Below are positions 1 through 9,085 of a stretch of DNA of 35,313 bases, one piece after another. Source of the stretch: Luminiphilus sp. (lineage in GTDB: Bacteria > Planctomycetota > UBA1135 > UBA2386). The notes under the pieces are model-generated. The model worked only from the letters and a program-made list of their open reading frames with translations. It made no database searches and was not told where the DNA came from. The DNA lies in contig JBERSB010000236.1 of NCBI GenBank assembly GCA_041236755.1, forward strand, positions 1 to 35,313, written 5' to 3'. The first letter of the stretch is position 1, and the number at the start of each line of letters is the position of its first letter. The translations under genes and the position numbers were made by a program.

Positions 1-1703
1 CGCTGGCCATGGCGGCCCGTGAATGGGACGCCGCGGAGCGCACCGCGAACGAGGCCGCAGCGTTGGCTGCCCACCGGATCAAGTCCAAGCTCCGGCTGGA
101 GCTCGCGCTGCAGAGCGCGAACTGCGACAGCGTCGCGGCGTTCTTCGCAGCCTCGGAGTATGTGTCCCGAGAGGAGTTCCACACGTTCGCCGACCGACTG
201 GTCGGGCCGGGCTCCGCGGTCCAGGCGGTGGAGTGGGTCGACGTCGTGCACGGTGACCTGCGCGAGTCCTGGGAGAGCGCGCGCGCGACGCAGATCTCGG
301 AGTGGCGTCCTTCGGGGAAGCTCGAGCGGGCTGGTGACCGCGGCACCTTCGCGCCCATTGTCTATGTCGCTCCTGCGATGGGGAACGAGCGCGCCGCCGG
401 TTTCGACCTGTTCTCGGAGCCACGGAGGAGGAACGCGCTGCTCCGCGCGGCCAGCGCGGGCCGGTGTACGGCGACGGCGCCGATCCAGATCGTCCAGGAC
501 GACTCGCGCGCCCTGCTGATCGCCAAGGCCGTCTACGGCTCGCCCGGTCTGCCCCCGAGTGGGGCCTCCGAGCTGGCGGGCGTACAGGGATGGGCCGTGA
601 CGGTCGTGCGCGGCGAGGACATCGTCTCAGTGGCGCTCGATGACGACGCGGTCGGGGTCTCGATCTATGACGTCACCGAGCTGCTCGGCGACCAAGTCCA
701 GCTCTACGCCGGCAGCACGGGAGACGGCGCGGGCCCGGACGTCCGACGCCACTCCGAGCATCTGGAGATGTGTGGCCGCACCTGGCGGATCGACTACCTC
801 TACGCGGGTGGCCAGGAATGGAACGCGTTCCGCTGGACGCTCCTGGCGGGGCTCTTGATCACGGCGCTGCTGACGTCGCACTTCAACGCGACGCGGAAGA
901 TCTACAACAACGAGCTGGCGCTGCGGGCGAAGAACGAGGAGATCCGGCTCCGCAACCGGGAGATCCGCGGCTTCTACCACGCCGTCTCGCACGAGCTGAA
1001 GACGCCGCTGGCGAGCGCGCGCGAGTTCGCGTCGCTCCTCCGTGACGGCGTGGCCGGCCCGGTCAACGACGAGCAGGTCGAGTACGGCGACTACATCCTC
1101 GAGAGCTGCGACCAGATGACGCGCTACATCAACGACATGTTGGACGTGACGCGGATGGAGACCGGGAAGTTCACGCTGGAGCGCGCGGTGTCCTCGGTCG
1201 CAGAAGTTGTCAAGCAGCCTGCTTGCGCAGCCGAGCGGATGTGCCGCGACAAGGGGATCCAGTTCTCCCTGCAGCTCGCCGCCGGCCTGCCGGACATCGA
1301 CGTCGACGCGCAGCGCATCCAGCAGGCGATCTCCAACCTCTTGACCAACGCCGCCAAGTTCACGCCGCCCGGCGGCTGCGTCTCGCTCAGCGTCATGCGC
1401 GCGAGCCGCGCCGAAGACGTCATGATCTCGGTCTCCGACACGGGCATCGGCATCGAGCCGTCCGACCAGGAGTGGGTCTTCGAGCGCCTTCGTCAGGCGC
1501 GGACGGAGGACGCCGTGCGCGGGGTCGACGGCGGCGGGATCGGCCTGGGGCTCGCGATCACGAAGGAGATCGTCCAGCTGCACGGCGGGAACATCTCGCT
1601 CGAGAGCGAGCCCGGCTTCGGCACGACCTTTCACATCCTCCTGCCTGTCGCGGTGGCATCAGAGGCTTCACAAACCCGCGAAATGCAGACCGTAAGGAGC
1701 TAG
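1..1703 (+). CDS. CHASE-domain sensor histidine kinase (5' partial; the frame is open to the window edge)
   Basis: ORF 9..1703 stays open upstream to position 3, and there is no TM1 before the CHASE-like sensor region (EEFHTFADRL...VEWVDVV...FAPIVYVAP...GFDLFSE). A TM helix (WTLLAGLLITALLTS) follows. The kinase motifs are present: H-box FYHAVSHELKTPL, N-box LLTNAAKFTPPGG, and G-boxes DTGIGI and GGIGLGLAI. Confidence 0.85.
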   Translation, partial: LAMAAREWDAAERTANEAAALAAHRIKSKLRLELALQSANCDSVAAFFAASEYVSREEFHTFADRLVGPGSAVQAVEWVDVVHGDLRESWESARATQISEWRPSGKLERAGDRGTFAPIVYVAPAMGNERAAGFDLFSEPRRRNALLRAASAGRCTATAPIQIVQDDSRALLIAKAVYGSPGLPPSGASELAGVQGWAVTVVRGEDIVSVALDDDAVGVSIYDVTELLGDQVQLYAGSTGDGAGPDVRRHSEHLEMCGRTWRIDYLYAGGQEWNAFRWTLLAGLLITALLTSHFNATRKIYNNELALRAKNEEIRLRNREIRGFYHAVSHELKTPLASAREFASLLRDGVAGPVNDEQVEYGDYILESCDQMTRYINDMLDVTRMETGKFTLERAVSSVAEVVKQPACAAERMCRDKGIQFSLQLAAGLPDIDVDAQRIQQAISNLLTNAAKFTPPGGCVSLSVMRASRAEDVMISVSDTGIGIEPSDQEWVFERLRQARTEDAVRGVDGGGIGLGLAITKEIVQLHGGNISLESEPGFGTTFHILLPVAVASEASQTREMQTVRS

Positions 1704-1705
1704 TC

Positions 1706-2083
1706 ATGAAGAAGATCCTCATCGTCGACGACGACCGGAAGATCGCGATCGCGCTCGCCGCCCGTATGCGCTCGCTGGGCGTGACCGTCGTGGTCGCGCA
1801 AGACGGGATGGGCGCTGTGATGACCGCGCGCAAGGAGCAGCCCGACGCGATCGTGATGGACATCAACATGCCCGCGGGCGGCGGCCTCGTCGCTGCGGAG
1901 CGCATCATGGCGCTCTCGGTGACGTGCGGGATCCCGATCATCTTCATCACCGCGAGCAAGGACTCCGAGCTGCTGAGTCGTGCGGCCGAGATCTCGGGCA
2001 TGAAGGTGCTCGAGAAGCCGTTCGAGGCCGCGGAGCTCATCCAGGTGCTGGAGGAGAGCCTCGGCGACCTGCAGCCGACCTGA
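1706..2083 (+). CDS. Single-domain (CheY-like) response regulator receiver protein
   Basis: The ATG at 1706 lies 2 nt after the kinase TAG stop. AAGGAG at 1694-1699 sits 6 nt upstream. Receiver motifs are ILIVDDD, the phospho-acceptor context AIVMDINMP, and LEKPF. The protein is 125 aa with no output domain. Confidence 0.9.
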   Translation: MKKILIVDDDRKIAIALAARMRSLGVTVVVAQDGMGAVMTARKEQPDAIVMDINMPAGGGLVAAERIMALSVTCGIPIIFITASKDSELLSRAAEISGMKVLEKPFEAAELIQVLEESLGDLQPT

Positions 2084-2089
2084 CCGCGG

Positions 2090-2119
2090 CTGGGCCGGCG
2101 CTCCGCCGGCTCGCCCCAG
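2090..2119. terminator. GC-rich hairpin between convergent genes (possible bidirectional terminator)
   Basis: GCCGGCG (2094-2100) / CTC / CGCCGGC (2104-2110) forms a perfect 7-bp stem. It can be extended by CTGG (2090-2093) pairing with CCAG (2116-2119) across a bulge. It lies between the response regulator stop (2083) and the argS stop (2122). There is no U-tract. Confidence 0.35.
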
Positions 2120-2121
2120 GG

Positions 2122-3852
2122 CTACATGCGGTCCGGCGCCGGGACCCCGATCAGGTGGAGCCCGGTCGTCAGCAGCTTGCGCGCAGCGTCGACGAGCACG
2201 AGGCGCGCGTCGCGCACCGCCTGTTCGGCGCCCAGCACGTGGTGGTCCACCAGGTAGCTGTGGATCTCGCCGGCGAGCGCGATCGTGTAGTTGGTGACGA
2301 CGCTCGGCTCGGACTGGTCGGCGGCGCGCTGCACCGCGCTGCCGAAGGCCATCATCGTGAGCAGCACGTTCTCGGCGTCTGCCAGGTGCGCGAAGTCGAT
2401 GCTGGCGACGTCCGGAACCTCGCCTCCTGCCTTGCGCAGGATCGAGCTCAGCCGCGCGCAGGCGTACTGCACGTAGGGGCCGGTCTCGCCCTCGAAGTTG
2501 AGCATCGTGTCCCAGTCGAACTTGACGTCCTTGATGCGTCCGTTCTTCAGGTCGTTGAACACGATCGCGGACACGCCGACCTGCTCGGCGACGGCGTCCT
2601 TGTCCTCGAGGTCGGGGTTCTTCTCGGCGATGACCTGCCGGACCTTGTTGACGGCTTCGTCGAGGATCTCGTCGAGGAAGACCGCGTTGCCGCTGCGTGA
2701 CGCGAACTTCTCCCACTTGCCTTCGGGGCCCTTGGAGAGCACGAGGCCGAACGGCACGTGCTCGACGGCAGTCGCGACGGGCTCCTTCATCTTCTCGAGC
2801 ACGCCCTTGAGCTGCGCGAAGTGCAGCTTCTGCTCGGCGCCGACGACGTACAGGATGCGCGCCGGGTGGAACTCCTGCTCGCGGTAGAACGCCGCGGCGA
2901 GGTCGCGGGTGTGGTAGAGCGTCGTGCCGTCGGACTTGCGCAGCAGGCAAGGCACCTTGATGCCCTGCTCCTTGAGCGTGACGACCTCGGCGCCCTCGCT
3001 CTCCTCGAGCACGCCGGCGGCCTCGACGCGCCGCATCGCCGCCTCCATCTTGTCCTCGAAGAACGACTCGCCCGTGATGTGGTCGAACGAGACGCCGAGG
3101 CGCGCGTAGGGGCCCTGGAAGGCCTGCAGCGACTCGTCGCGGAGCAGCTGCCACATGCGCCGCTCCTCGTTGTCCTCGCCGCTCTCGAGCGCCTTGAAGT
3201 GCTCGGCCGCTTCTGCGTCGAGCGCCGGGTTCGCCTCGGCCTCCTTCCCGTAGCGCTTGTAGAGCTCGAACATGTAGCGCATCGGCGCTGCGTGCAGCTC
3301 CTGCTCGTCGCCGAAGTGCATGTACGCCGTCATCATCTTGGCGAACGGCATGCCCCAGTCGCCGAGGTGGTTGATGCCGTGGACCTCGGCGCCGACGTGG
3401 CGGTGGATGCGGCACAGGGCGTTGCCGAGCACCGTGCTGCGCATGTGGCCGATGTGGAACGGCTTGGCGATGTTGGGGGAGCTGAAGTCGATGCACACCA
3501 CCTGGCCGTTGGACTCGGCGCGGCCGTAGGGTGCTGCGTCCGTGCAGATCGCGGTGAGCACCTGCGCTGCCATCGCGTCGCGGCGGAACCGGAAGTTGAC
3601 GAACGGGCCCGCGGCCTGCGCGGACGCCACGACCTCGTCGGGCGTGATCTTCTCGACCAGCGCGGCCGCGAACGCGGGCGGCGGCTGCTTGCTGAGCTTG
3701 GCCAGTTGGAACGCGCCCAGCGCCACGTCGCCGTGCTCGCGGTTCTTCGGCGGATCGAGCCGCACGAGGCCTTGCACGGCGTCGCGCTCGAGGCCCATGT
3801 CGACGGCAGCTGCGAGCACGCGCTCGCGCAGGTGTTGGTGCAGGTCGTTCAC
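2122..3852 (-). CDS. argS: Arginine--tRNA ligase
   Basis: 576 aa. Class I signature FSSPNIAKPFHIGHMRST (HIGH motif). The N-terminal Arg-tRNA-binding-like domain and the typical C-terminal DALR anticodon-binding region are present, ending in ...GVPAPDRM. Confidence 0.95.
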   Translation of the reverse strand: MNDLHQHLRERVLAAAVDMGLERDAVQGLVRLDPPKNREHGDVALGAFQLAKLSKQPPPAFAAALVEKITPDEVVASAQAAGPFVNFRFRRDAMAAQVLTAICTDAAPYGRAESNGQVVCIDFSSPNIAKPFHIGHMRSTVLGNALCRIHRHVGAEVHGINHLGDWGMPFAKMMTAYMHFGDEQELHAAPMRYMFELYKRYGKEAEANPALDAEAAEHFKALESGEDNEERRMWQLLRDESLQAFQGPYARLGVSFDHITGESFFEDKMEAAMRRVEAAGVLEESEGAEVVTLKEQGIKVPCLLRKSDGTTLYHTRDLAAAFYREQEFHPARILYVVGAEQKLHFAQLKGVLEKMKEPVATAVEHVPFGLVLSKGPEGKWEKFASRSGNAVFLDEILDEAVNKVRQVIAEKNPDLEDKDAVAEQVGVSAIVFNDLKNGRIKDVKFDWDTMLNFEGETGPYVQYACARLSSILRKAGGEVPDVASIDFAHLADAENVLLTMMAFGSAVQRAADQSEPSVVTNYTIALAGEIHSYLVDHHVLGAEQAVRDARLVLVDAARKLLTTGLHLIGVPAPDRM

Positions 3853-3992
3853 GGCGTGGTTCCCTCCAGCGGGGCGGACAGGATAGCGACGCGCGCGCGG
3901 AAGCCGATCGGCATCCTGCAGAACCTGCCGGCGGCTACAAGAACTGCCGCGCGTGCGTCGCAGCAGCTAGTCTGCACGCGTCCCCCGAGACC

Positions 3993-5822
3993 ATGCTGCG
4001 CCCACGCTCTGTGCTCCTGACGACCCTGCTGTGCACGCCGGCGGCCGCGCAGGCGCCGACGTGGGCAGGCGGCGTCGCAGCACTGGTGCACCGCGCGTGT
4101 ACGCCGTGCCACCGCCCGGGGCAGCCCGCGCCGTTCTCGCTGCGAACCTACGAGGACGTCTACAAGAAGCGGGCGTTCGTCGCCGAGGTCGTGGAGGACC
4201 GCTACATGCCGCCGTGGCAGCCGACGCACGGGGACTTCGAGGGCGACCGGCGGCTCGGCGACGAGGAGGTGGCGACGCTCCTGCGCTGGGTCGAGGATGG
4301 CGCGCCGCGCGGGGACCGCGGCAGCGAGCCGGCGCCGCCGCGGTTCGCGACGGGCTGGCAACTCGGCGCGCCGGACCTGGTCGTGAAGATGCCCGACGTG
4401 CTCGAGGTGCCTGCCGCCGGCCCGGACGTGGTGCGCAACTTCGTGGTGCCGGTCGCCGTCGAGCAGCTGCGGTTCGTCGCCGCCGTCGAGATCCTGCCCG
4501 GCAACGCGGCCGTGCACCACGCCGTGCTCGGCGTCGACCGCACGCGCCGGTCGCGGCAGGCAGACGCCATGGACGATTCGCCTGGCTTCTCCGGGATGAC
4601 GCTGGGTGCGGCCGGTCCACCGGACGGGCACTTCCTGGGCTGGACGCCCGGCAAGAGCGCGCGGCGCAGCGCGCCAGGGTTCGCGTGGCGGCTGTTCCCG
4701 GGTGACGACCTCGTGCTGCAGCTGCACGCCGTGCCCTCGGGCAAGGTCGAGCGGGTCCAGCCGGAGATCGGGCTCTGGTTCACGGACGAGCCCATGCGCC
4801 AGCCGCACGAGCTGCTGATGCTGTTCTCCGAGGCGATCGACATCGCGCCGGGGGTCGCTGACTTCCGCCTGCGTGACCACGTCGTATTGCCGGTGCCCGT
4901 GCAGCTGCACGCGATCTATCCGCACGCGCACTACGTGTGTCGTCGCATGCGCGCGACCGCGACGTTGCCCGACGGCACCCAGCGGCTGCTGTTCGCGATC
5001 GACGACTGGGACTTCGACTGGCAGGACGACTACCGCCTCCGCGAGCCGATGTCGCTGCCGGCGGGCACGCGGCTGTCGATGGACTACGGCTACGACAACA
5101 GCGCCGCCAACGACAACAACCCCGTGCGGCCGGTGCGGCGCGTGCGCTTCGGCCAGGAGTCGGCGGACGAGATGGGCACGCTGACGTTCTCGTTGACCGT
5201 CCGGAGTCCGCAGGACGGGAACGCGCTCGCGCTCGCGAGCGTGGAGCGCGACCTACAGAAGCTCCCCGACGCGTGGAACCTGCTGATGCGCAAGTCGCAG
5301 CTCGAGCGCGGGCGCGGCGACCTCGACGCCGCACAGTCCGCGATCGACAAGGCGTGCACGATTTCGCCCGGTGCGCCGGACGTCTGGTTCGAGCGCGGCG
5401 TGCTCGCAGAACTGCGGGGCCGCCCCGAAGCGGCTGCGCGTGACTACCAACGCGCGCTGGACCTCGACCCCGGGCACGGGGCAGCGCACCTGCAGCTCGG
5501 CGCGCTCTGTGGGCGCCGCGGCGACGACGCGGGCGCGCTGCGCCACTTCAGCGCGGCGGTCCGCGCGTTGCCGAACGCCCCGGAGGCGCACCAGAACTTC
5601 GCGACCGCCAACTTCGCCTCGGACCGGCTCGACGTCGCCGAGCGGCACTACCGCATCGCGCTGGGGATCGCGCCGGACTACTTCAACGCGCGCTTCAACC
5701 TCGGCCGCGTGCTGCTCGCGCAGGGCCGCAAGGCAGCGGCGAAGCGCGAGCTCGAAGCCGCGGCGAAGCTGCGCCCCGGCCTGGCAGTGGTCCAGGACCT
5801 GCTGCGCGAACTCGACCGCTGA
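3993..5822 (+). CDS. Exported multidomain protein with an N-terminal CxxCH heme-binding motif, a copper type II (PHM/DBH-like) monooxygenase-like core, and C-terminal TPR repeats
   Basis: Signal peptide MLRPRSVLLTTLLCTPAAAQA. CTPCH is encoded at 4098-4112 in the context HRPGQPAPFSLRTYEDV...RYMPPW. His motifs are spaced as in copper monooxygenases (AVHHAVLG, GHFLGWTPG, IYPHAHYVCRRM, ADEMGT). The C-terminus carries at least 4 TPR-like repeats (YQRALDLDPGHGAAHLQLG, etc.). Confidence 0.7.
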   Translation: MLRPRSVLLTTLLCTPAAAQAPTWAGGVAALVHRACTPCHRPGQPAPFSLRTYEDVYKKRAFVAEVVEDRYMPPWQPTHGDFEGDRRLGDEEVATLLRWVEDGAPRGDRGSEPAPPRFATGWQLGAPDLVVKMPDVLEVPAAGPDVVRNFVVPVAVEQLRFVAAVEILPGNAAVHHAVLGVDRTRRSRQADAMDDSPGFSGMTLGAAGPPDGHFLGWTPGKSARRSAPGFAWRLFPGDDLVLQLHAVPSGKVERVQPEIGLWFTDEPMRQPHELLMLFSEAIDIAPGVADFRLRDHVVLPVPVQLHAIYPHAHYVCRRMRATATLPDGTQRLLFAIDDWDFDWQDDYRLREPMSLPAGTRLSMDYGYDNSAANDNNPVRPVRRVRFGQESADEMGTLTFSLTVRSPQDGNALALASVERDLQKLPDAWNLLMRKSQLERGRGDLDAAQSAIDKACTISPGAPDVWFERGVLAELRGRPEAAARDYQRALDLDPGHGAAHLQLGALCGRRGDDAGALRHFSAAVRALPNAPEAHQNFATANFASDRLDVAERHYRIALGIAPDYFNARFNLGRVLLAQGRKAAAKRELEAAAKLRPGLAVVQDLLRELDR

Positions 5823-5829
5823 CGAAGCA

Positions 5830-7722
5830 CTACTGCCAGTTCTCCCACTGTTCGTAGGCCTCGGCCAGCTCCTGCTTGAGCCGCGCTTCGTCGGACTGCA
5901 GGTCGCGCATGCGCGCAGCGCTGCCGTAGTTCTCGGGCTCCAGCATCGAGGCCTGCACGGACTCGACCTCGCTCTCGAGGTCCATGATCCGCTGCTCGAG
6001 GCGCTCGAACATCAGCGGGTTGCGGATCTTGCCGGTGTCGCGCGCGAGCTTCGGCGAGGCCTCGGCGGCGGCGCGGTCCGCGGCGCGCTCCTTGGCCGCC
6101 GTCTCGGCGGCGCGTAGAGCGGAGCGCTCGTCGGCGAGCGCGCGCTGGCACTGCTCGAGGCCCTGGTCGAACGTGCGAACGGCGCCGGCCTCGACCCAGA
6201 GCACGCGGTCGGCGACCTCCTCAACCAGCTGACGGTCGTGCGTGATGAGGACGACGGTGCCGGGGAACTCCTTGAGCGCCTGCTCCAGGCCTTCGGTGCC
6301 GGCGACGTCGAGGTGGTTGGTCGGCTCGTCGAGGCACAAGAGGTCGAACTGCGCCCGGGTCATGCGCGCCAGCGCGAGCCGCTGCTTCTCACCGCCCGAC
6401 AGCTCCACGACCGGCTTCTCGACCTCGTGGCCGACGAACAGGAACATCGCCAGGTGATCCCGCAGCGTGCCGTCGTCGATCGTGCGGTCGAGCTCCCGGA
6501 GCGCGTCGAGCACGGTGCCGGACTGCGGGAGGTCGGACTTCTCCTGGCTGAAGTAGCCGATCCGAAGGTTGTGCGCGTGCTTGAGCGCGCCGCGCGCGGG
6601 CACGCCGTCGCGCGCCAGCAGCCGCAGCAGCGTCGTCTTGCCGGCGCCGTTGCGGCCCAGCAGCGCCGTGACCTCCCCGAACCAGACGCGCAGCGCGCCG
6701 CGCTCGATCAGGAGCTTGTCGCCGGCGCGCACCTCGAGCCCCTCGCCCTCGATCGCCACCTGTCCCTCTTGTCCGCGGGTGGTCTGGCCGAAGGTCAGCT
6801 TCATCTGGGCGCGCTTGCCCTTGGGCTTGCCGATCAGCTGCAGGCGCTGCAGGCGCTTCAGCCTGCCCTTGGCCTGCGCGGTCTTCTGGCCGGCGATGTT
6901 GCGCCGGATGAAGTCCATCTCCTTGGCGACGAACTCGGCCTGGTTCTGGTGCTGGCGCTGGAGCGCGAGCAGCGCCTGGTCCTTCTGCTTGCGGTAGGCG
7001 GAGAAGTTCCCCTTGTAGCGCGTCGCGACGCCGTCGGAGACCTCGACGACCGCGTCGGCGACCCCGTCGAGGAAGCGGCGGTCGTGGCTGATCACGACGA
7101 CCGCGCCCGGATAGCGCCGGACGAAGTCCTCGACGAACTCGATGCCCTGCAGGTCGAGGTGGTTGGTCGGCTCGTCCAGGATCAGCAGGTCGGCCGGCGT
7201 CGTCATCAGCACCGCCAGCTGCACGCGGGACTTCTCGCCGCCGCTGAGCACCGAGACGTCCTTGTGGAGGTCGCCGTCGGGGAAACCGATGCCGCTCAGC
7301 ACCTTCTCGACCTGGTGCTTGCGGTCGTAGCCGCCGCCCGCCTCGAAGGCCGCCTGCAGCTCGCCGTACGACGCCAGCGCCTCGTCGTCGCCGCTCGCCA
7401 TCCTCGCCTCGAGCTCTCGCATGCGTGCTTCCAGCGCCGCGTGCTCGCCGGTGCCGTGCTGCACGAGCTGCTCGATGGTCGTGCCCTCGGGCATGCGCGG
7501 CATCTGCTCGCCGTAGGCGATGCGCAGCTGGCGACGGCAGTTGCGCCCGCCGCTGTCGGCGTCGTCGACGCCGGCCAGGATGCGGATCATCGTGGTCTTG
7601 CCCGCGCCGTTGTCGCCCACGACCCCGATACGGTCGGATTCGTCGACGCGCAGCGACAGGCCGTCGAGCACGGGGAAGTCGCCGAAGCGGCGGGTGATCT
7701 TCTCGAGGCTGACCAGGGTCAC
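5830..7722 (-). CDS. ABC-F family ATPase (Uup/YheS-like, two ABC domains, no TM domain)
   Basis: 630 aa with a GTG start. Two Walker A motifs (GDNGAGKTT, GRNGAGKTT), two signatures (LSGGEKSR, LSGGEKQR) and two Walker B motifs (LLILDEPTNHLD, LLCLDEPTNHLD). The C-terminus is a coiled-coil tail. Confidence 0.9.
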   Translation of the reverse strand: MTLVSLEKITRRFGDFPVLDGLSLRVDESDRIGVVGDNGAGKTTMIRILAGVDDADSGGRNCRRQLRIAYGEQMPRMPEGTTIEQLVQHGTGEHAALEARMRELEARMASGDDEALASYGELQAAFEAGGGYDRKHQVEKVLSGIGFPDGDLHKDVSVLSGGEKSRVQLAVLMTTPADLLILDEPTNHLDLQGIEFVEDFVRRYPGAVVVISHDRRFLDGVADAVVEVSDGVATRYKGNFSAYRKQKDQALLALQRQHQNQAEFVAKEMDFIRRNIAGQKTAQAKGRLKRLQRLQLIGKPKGKRAQMKLTFGQTTRGQEGQVAIEGEGLEVRAGDKLLIERGALRVWFGEVTALLGRNGAGKTTLLRLLARDGVPARGALKHAHNLRIGYFSQEKSDLPQSGTVLDALRELDRTIDDGTLRDHLAMFLFVGHEVEKPVVELSGGEKQRLALARMTRAQFDLLCLDEPTNHLDVAGTEGLEQALKEFPGTVVLITHDRQLVEEVADRVLWVEAGAVRTFDQGLEQCQRALADERSALRAAETAAKERAADRAAAEASPKLARDTGKIRNPLMFERLEQRIMDLESEVESVQASMLEPENYGSAARMRDLQSDEARLKQELAEAYEQWENWQ

Positions 7723-7779
7723 GGCGCGCAGCCGATAGCCGAGGCCGCGCCGCGCGTCGCGACGCGACCGGTCCCCGCG

Positions 7780-9075
7780 TCAGCGCCGTCCCTGCAGCCG
7801 CTGCGCGCGACGCGCGATGCGCTGGTCCTGGTCTGCGGAGTAGGTCGCGAGCAGCTGGGCGCGCTCGGCGCCGGTCAGCAGGTTCGCGAGCGAGGTCAGC
7901 GCGCTGGAGCGCAGGCTCCAGTCCTGAGAGCTCGACAGCACGTCACGGAGGACGCCGAGCGAGTCTGCGCCAGGCGGCATCCGCATCAACAGGCCGATCG
8001 CGTGGTCGCGGATCGCGACGTCCGGGTCCGACGCCGCTGCGCGCACGATGACGGCGCGGCTGACGGGGTCCGCGGGCTGTTGGCCCAGCAGCATCGCGTA
8101 GGCGAACGTGCGCATCTCGAACGACATCCCGGGTTGCGCCCAGGTCTGCAGCTGCTGCTGGGTGTCGGCGTTGAAAGACGACTCGTGCAGCGCCGTCTCC
8201 ATGCGCAGGCGGTACTCGTCGAAGCCCGGGCGGCCGGCGGCCTGCACGACCTCGTCGACGATGTGCTGCGCCTCGTCGCCCAGCTTGCGTCGGGTCCAGA
8301 CGCCGAGGTTCTGGCCGAGCAGGGCCGCGATGCCGTCGTCCATCTCGTCGGCGAGCGCGGTCCTGAAGCGCGTGCGCGTGAACTCGCGGTCGACGCTGAA
8401 CTGCATCGCGCCGGCGGCCGCGAGGCGCACGCCGGGGCGCGCCCGGTCGAGCAGCAGTTCGCCGAGCTTGGCCTCGACGGCGGGGTCGTCGATCACGTTG
8501 CGGACCGTGATGCCCATTCCGCCCGGTCCGTGGACGGCGAAGTGCGGCGCGGCCTCCATGTCGAACACGTCGTCCTCGTCGGGGGGGTCGCGCAGCGCGC
8601 CGAGCGCCGCGATCAGCGTGATCAGGGTCGCCTCGTCCTCGGCGAACTGCTCGACTGCAGCGAGCAGCACCTCGTCGACACCGTCGACGGCGAGCGTGCC
8701 GAGCACCATGGCGAGCGCGCGGCGCTCGTCCGGCGCCGTGCCGGCGTCGAGCAGCGCGGCGTAGGCCGCGGCGAGCGCGCCCTCGTCGGTGCGCAGCAGG
8801 CGGCGCATGGCCGCGGCCGCGCCGGCGGCCTCGTTGCGCGCGATGGCTGCGCCGAGCTCGCGGAACGCCGCGTCGAACGGTTGCTCGACGGGGGCTGTGC
8901 TCGGCGCGACCTCGCGCCGGCTGTGTGCGGGCGCGTCGGCGGCCGGCGCCTCGCGTGCGGCCTCCGCTCGCTCCTCGGGCGCCGCAGCCGTGCGCGGGTC
9001 GTCGGTGAACGGCGACCACGCGAGCGCGGCGACCACGAGCAGCGCTGTGGCCGCGAGGAGCAGGCGTACCGCCAT
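7780..9075 (-). CDS. Membrane-anchored hypothetical protein with alpha-helical (HEAT/ARM-like) repeats
   Basis: 431 aa with an N-terminal anchor MAVRLLLAATALLVVAALAW, strong GC3 bias, and HEAT-like segments (DPDVAIRDHAIGLLMRM..., SLRSSALTSLANLL). It starts 10 nt after the subtilase stop. I do not recognise a specific family. Confidence 0.65.
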   Translation of the reverse strand: MAVRLLLAATALLVVAALAWSPFTDDPRTAAAPEERAEAAREAPAADAPAHSRREVAPSTAPVEQPFDAAFRELGAAIARNEAAGAAAAMRRLLRTDEGALAAAYAALLDAGTAPDERRALAMVLGTLAVDGVDEVLLAAVEQFAEDEATLITLIAALGALRDPPDEDDVFDMEAAPHFAVHGPGGMGITVRNVIDDPAVEAKLGELLLDRARPGVRLAAAGAMQFSVDREFTRTRFRTALADEMDDGIAALLGQNLGVWTRRKLGDEAQHIVDEVVQAAGRPGFDEYRLRMETALHESSFNADTQQQLQTWAQPGMSFEMRTFAYAMLLGQQPADPVSRAVIVRAAASDPDVAIRDHAIGLLMRMPPGADSLGVLRDVLSSSQDWSLRSSALTSLANLLTGAERAQLLATYSADQDQRIARRAQRLQGRR

Positions 9076-9085
9076 CAGGACGCGA

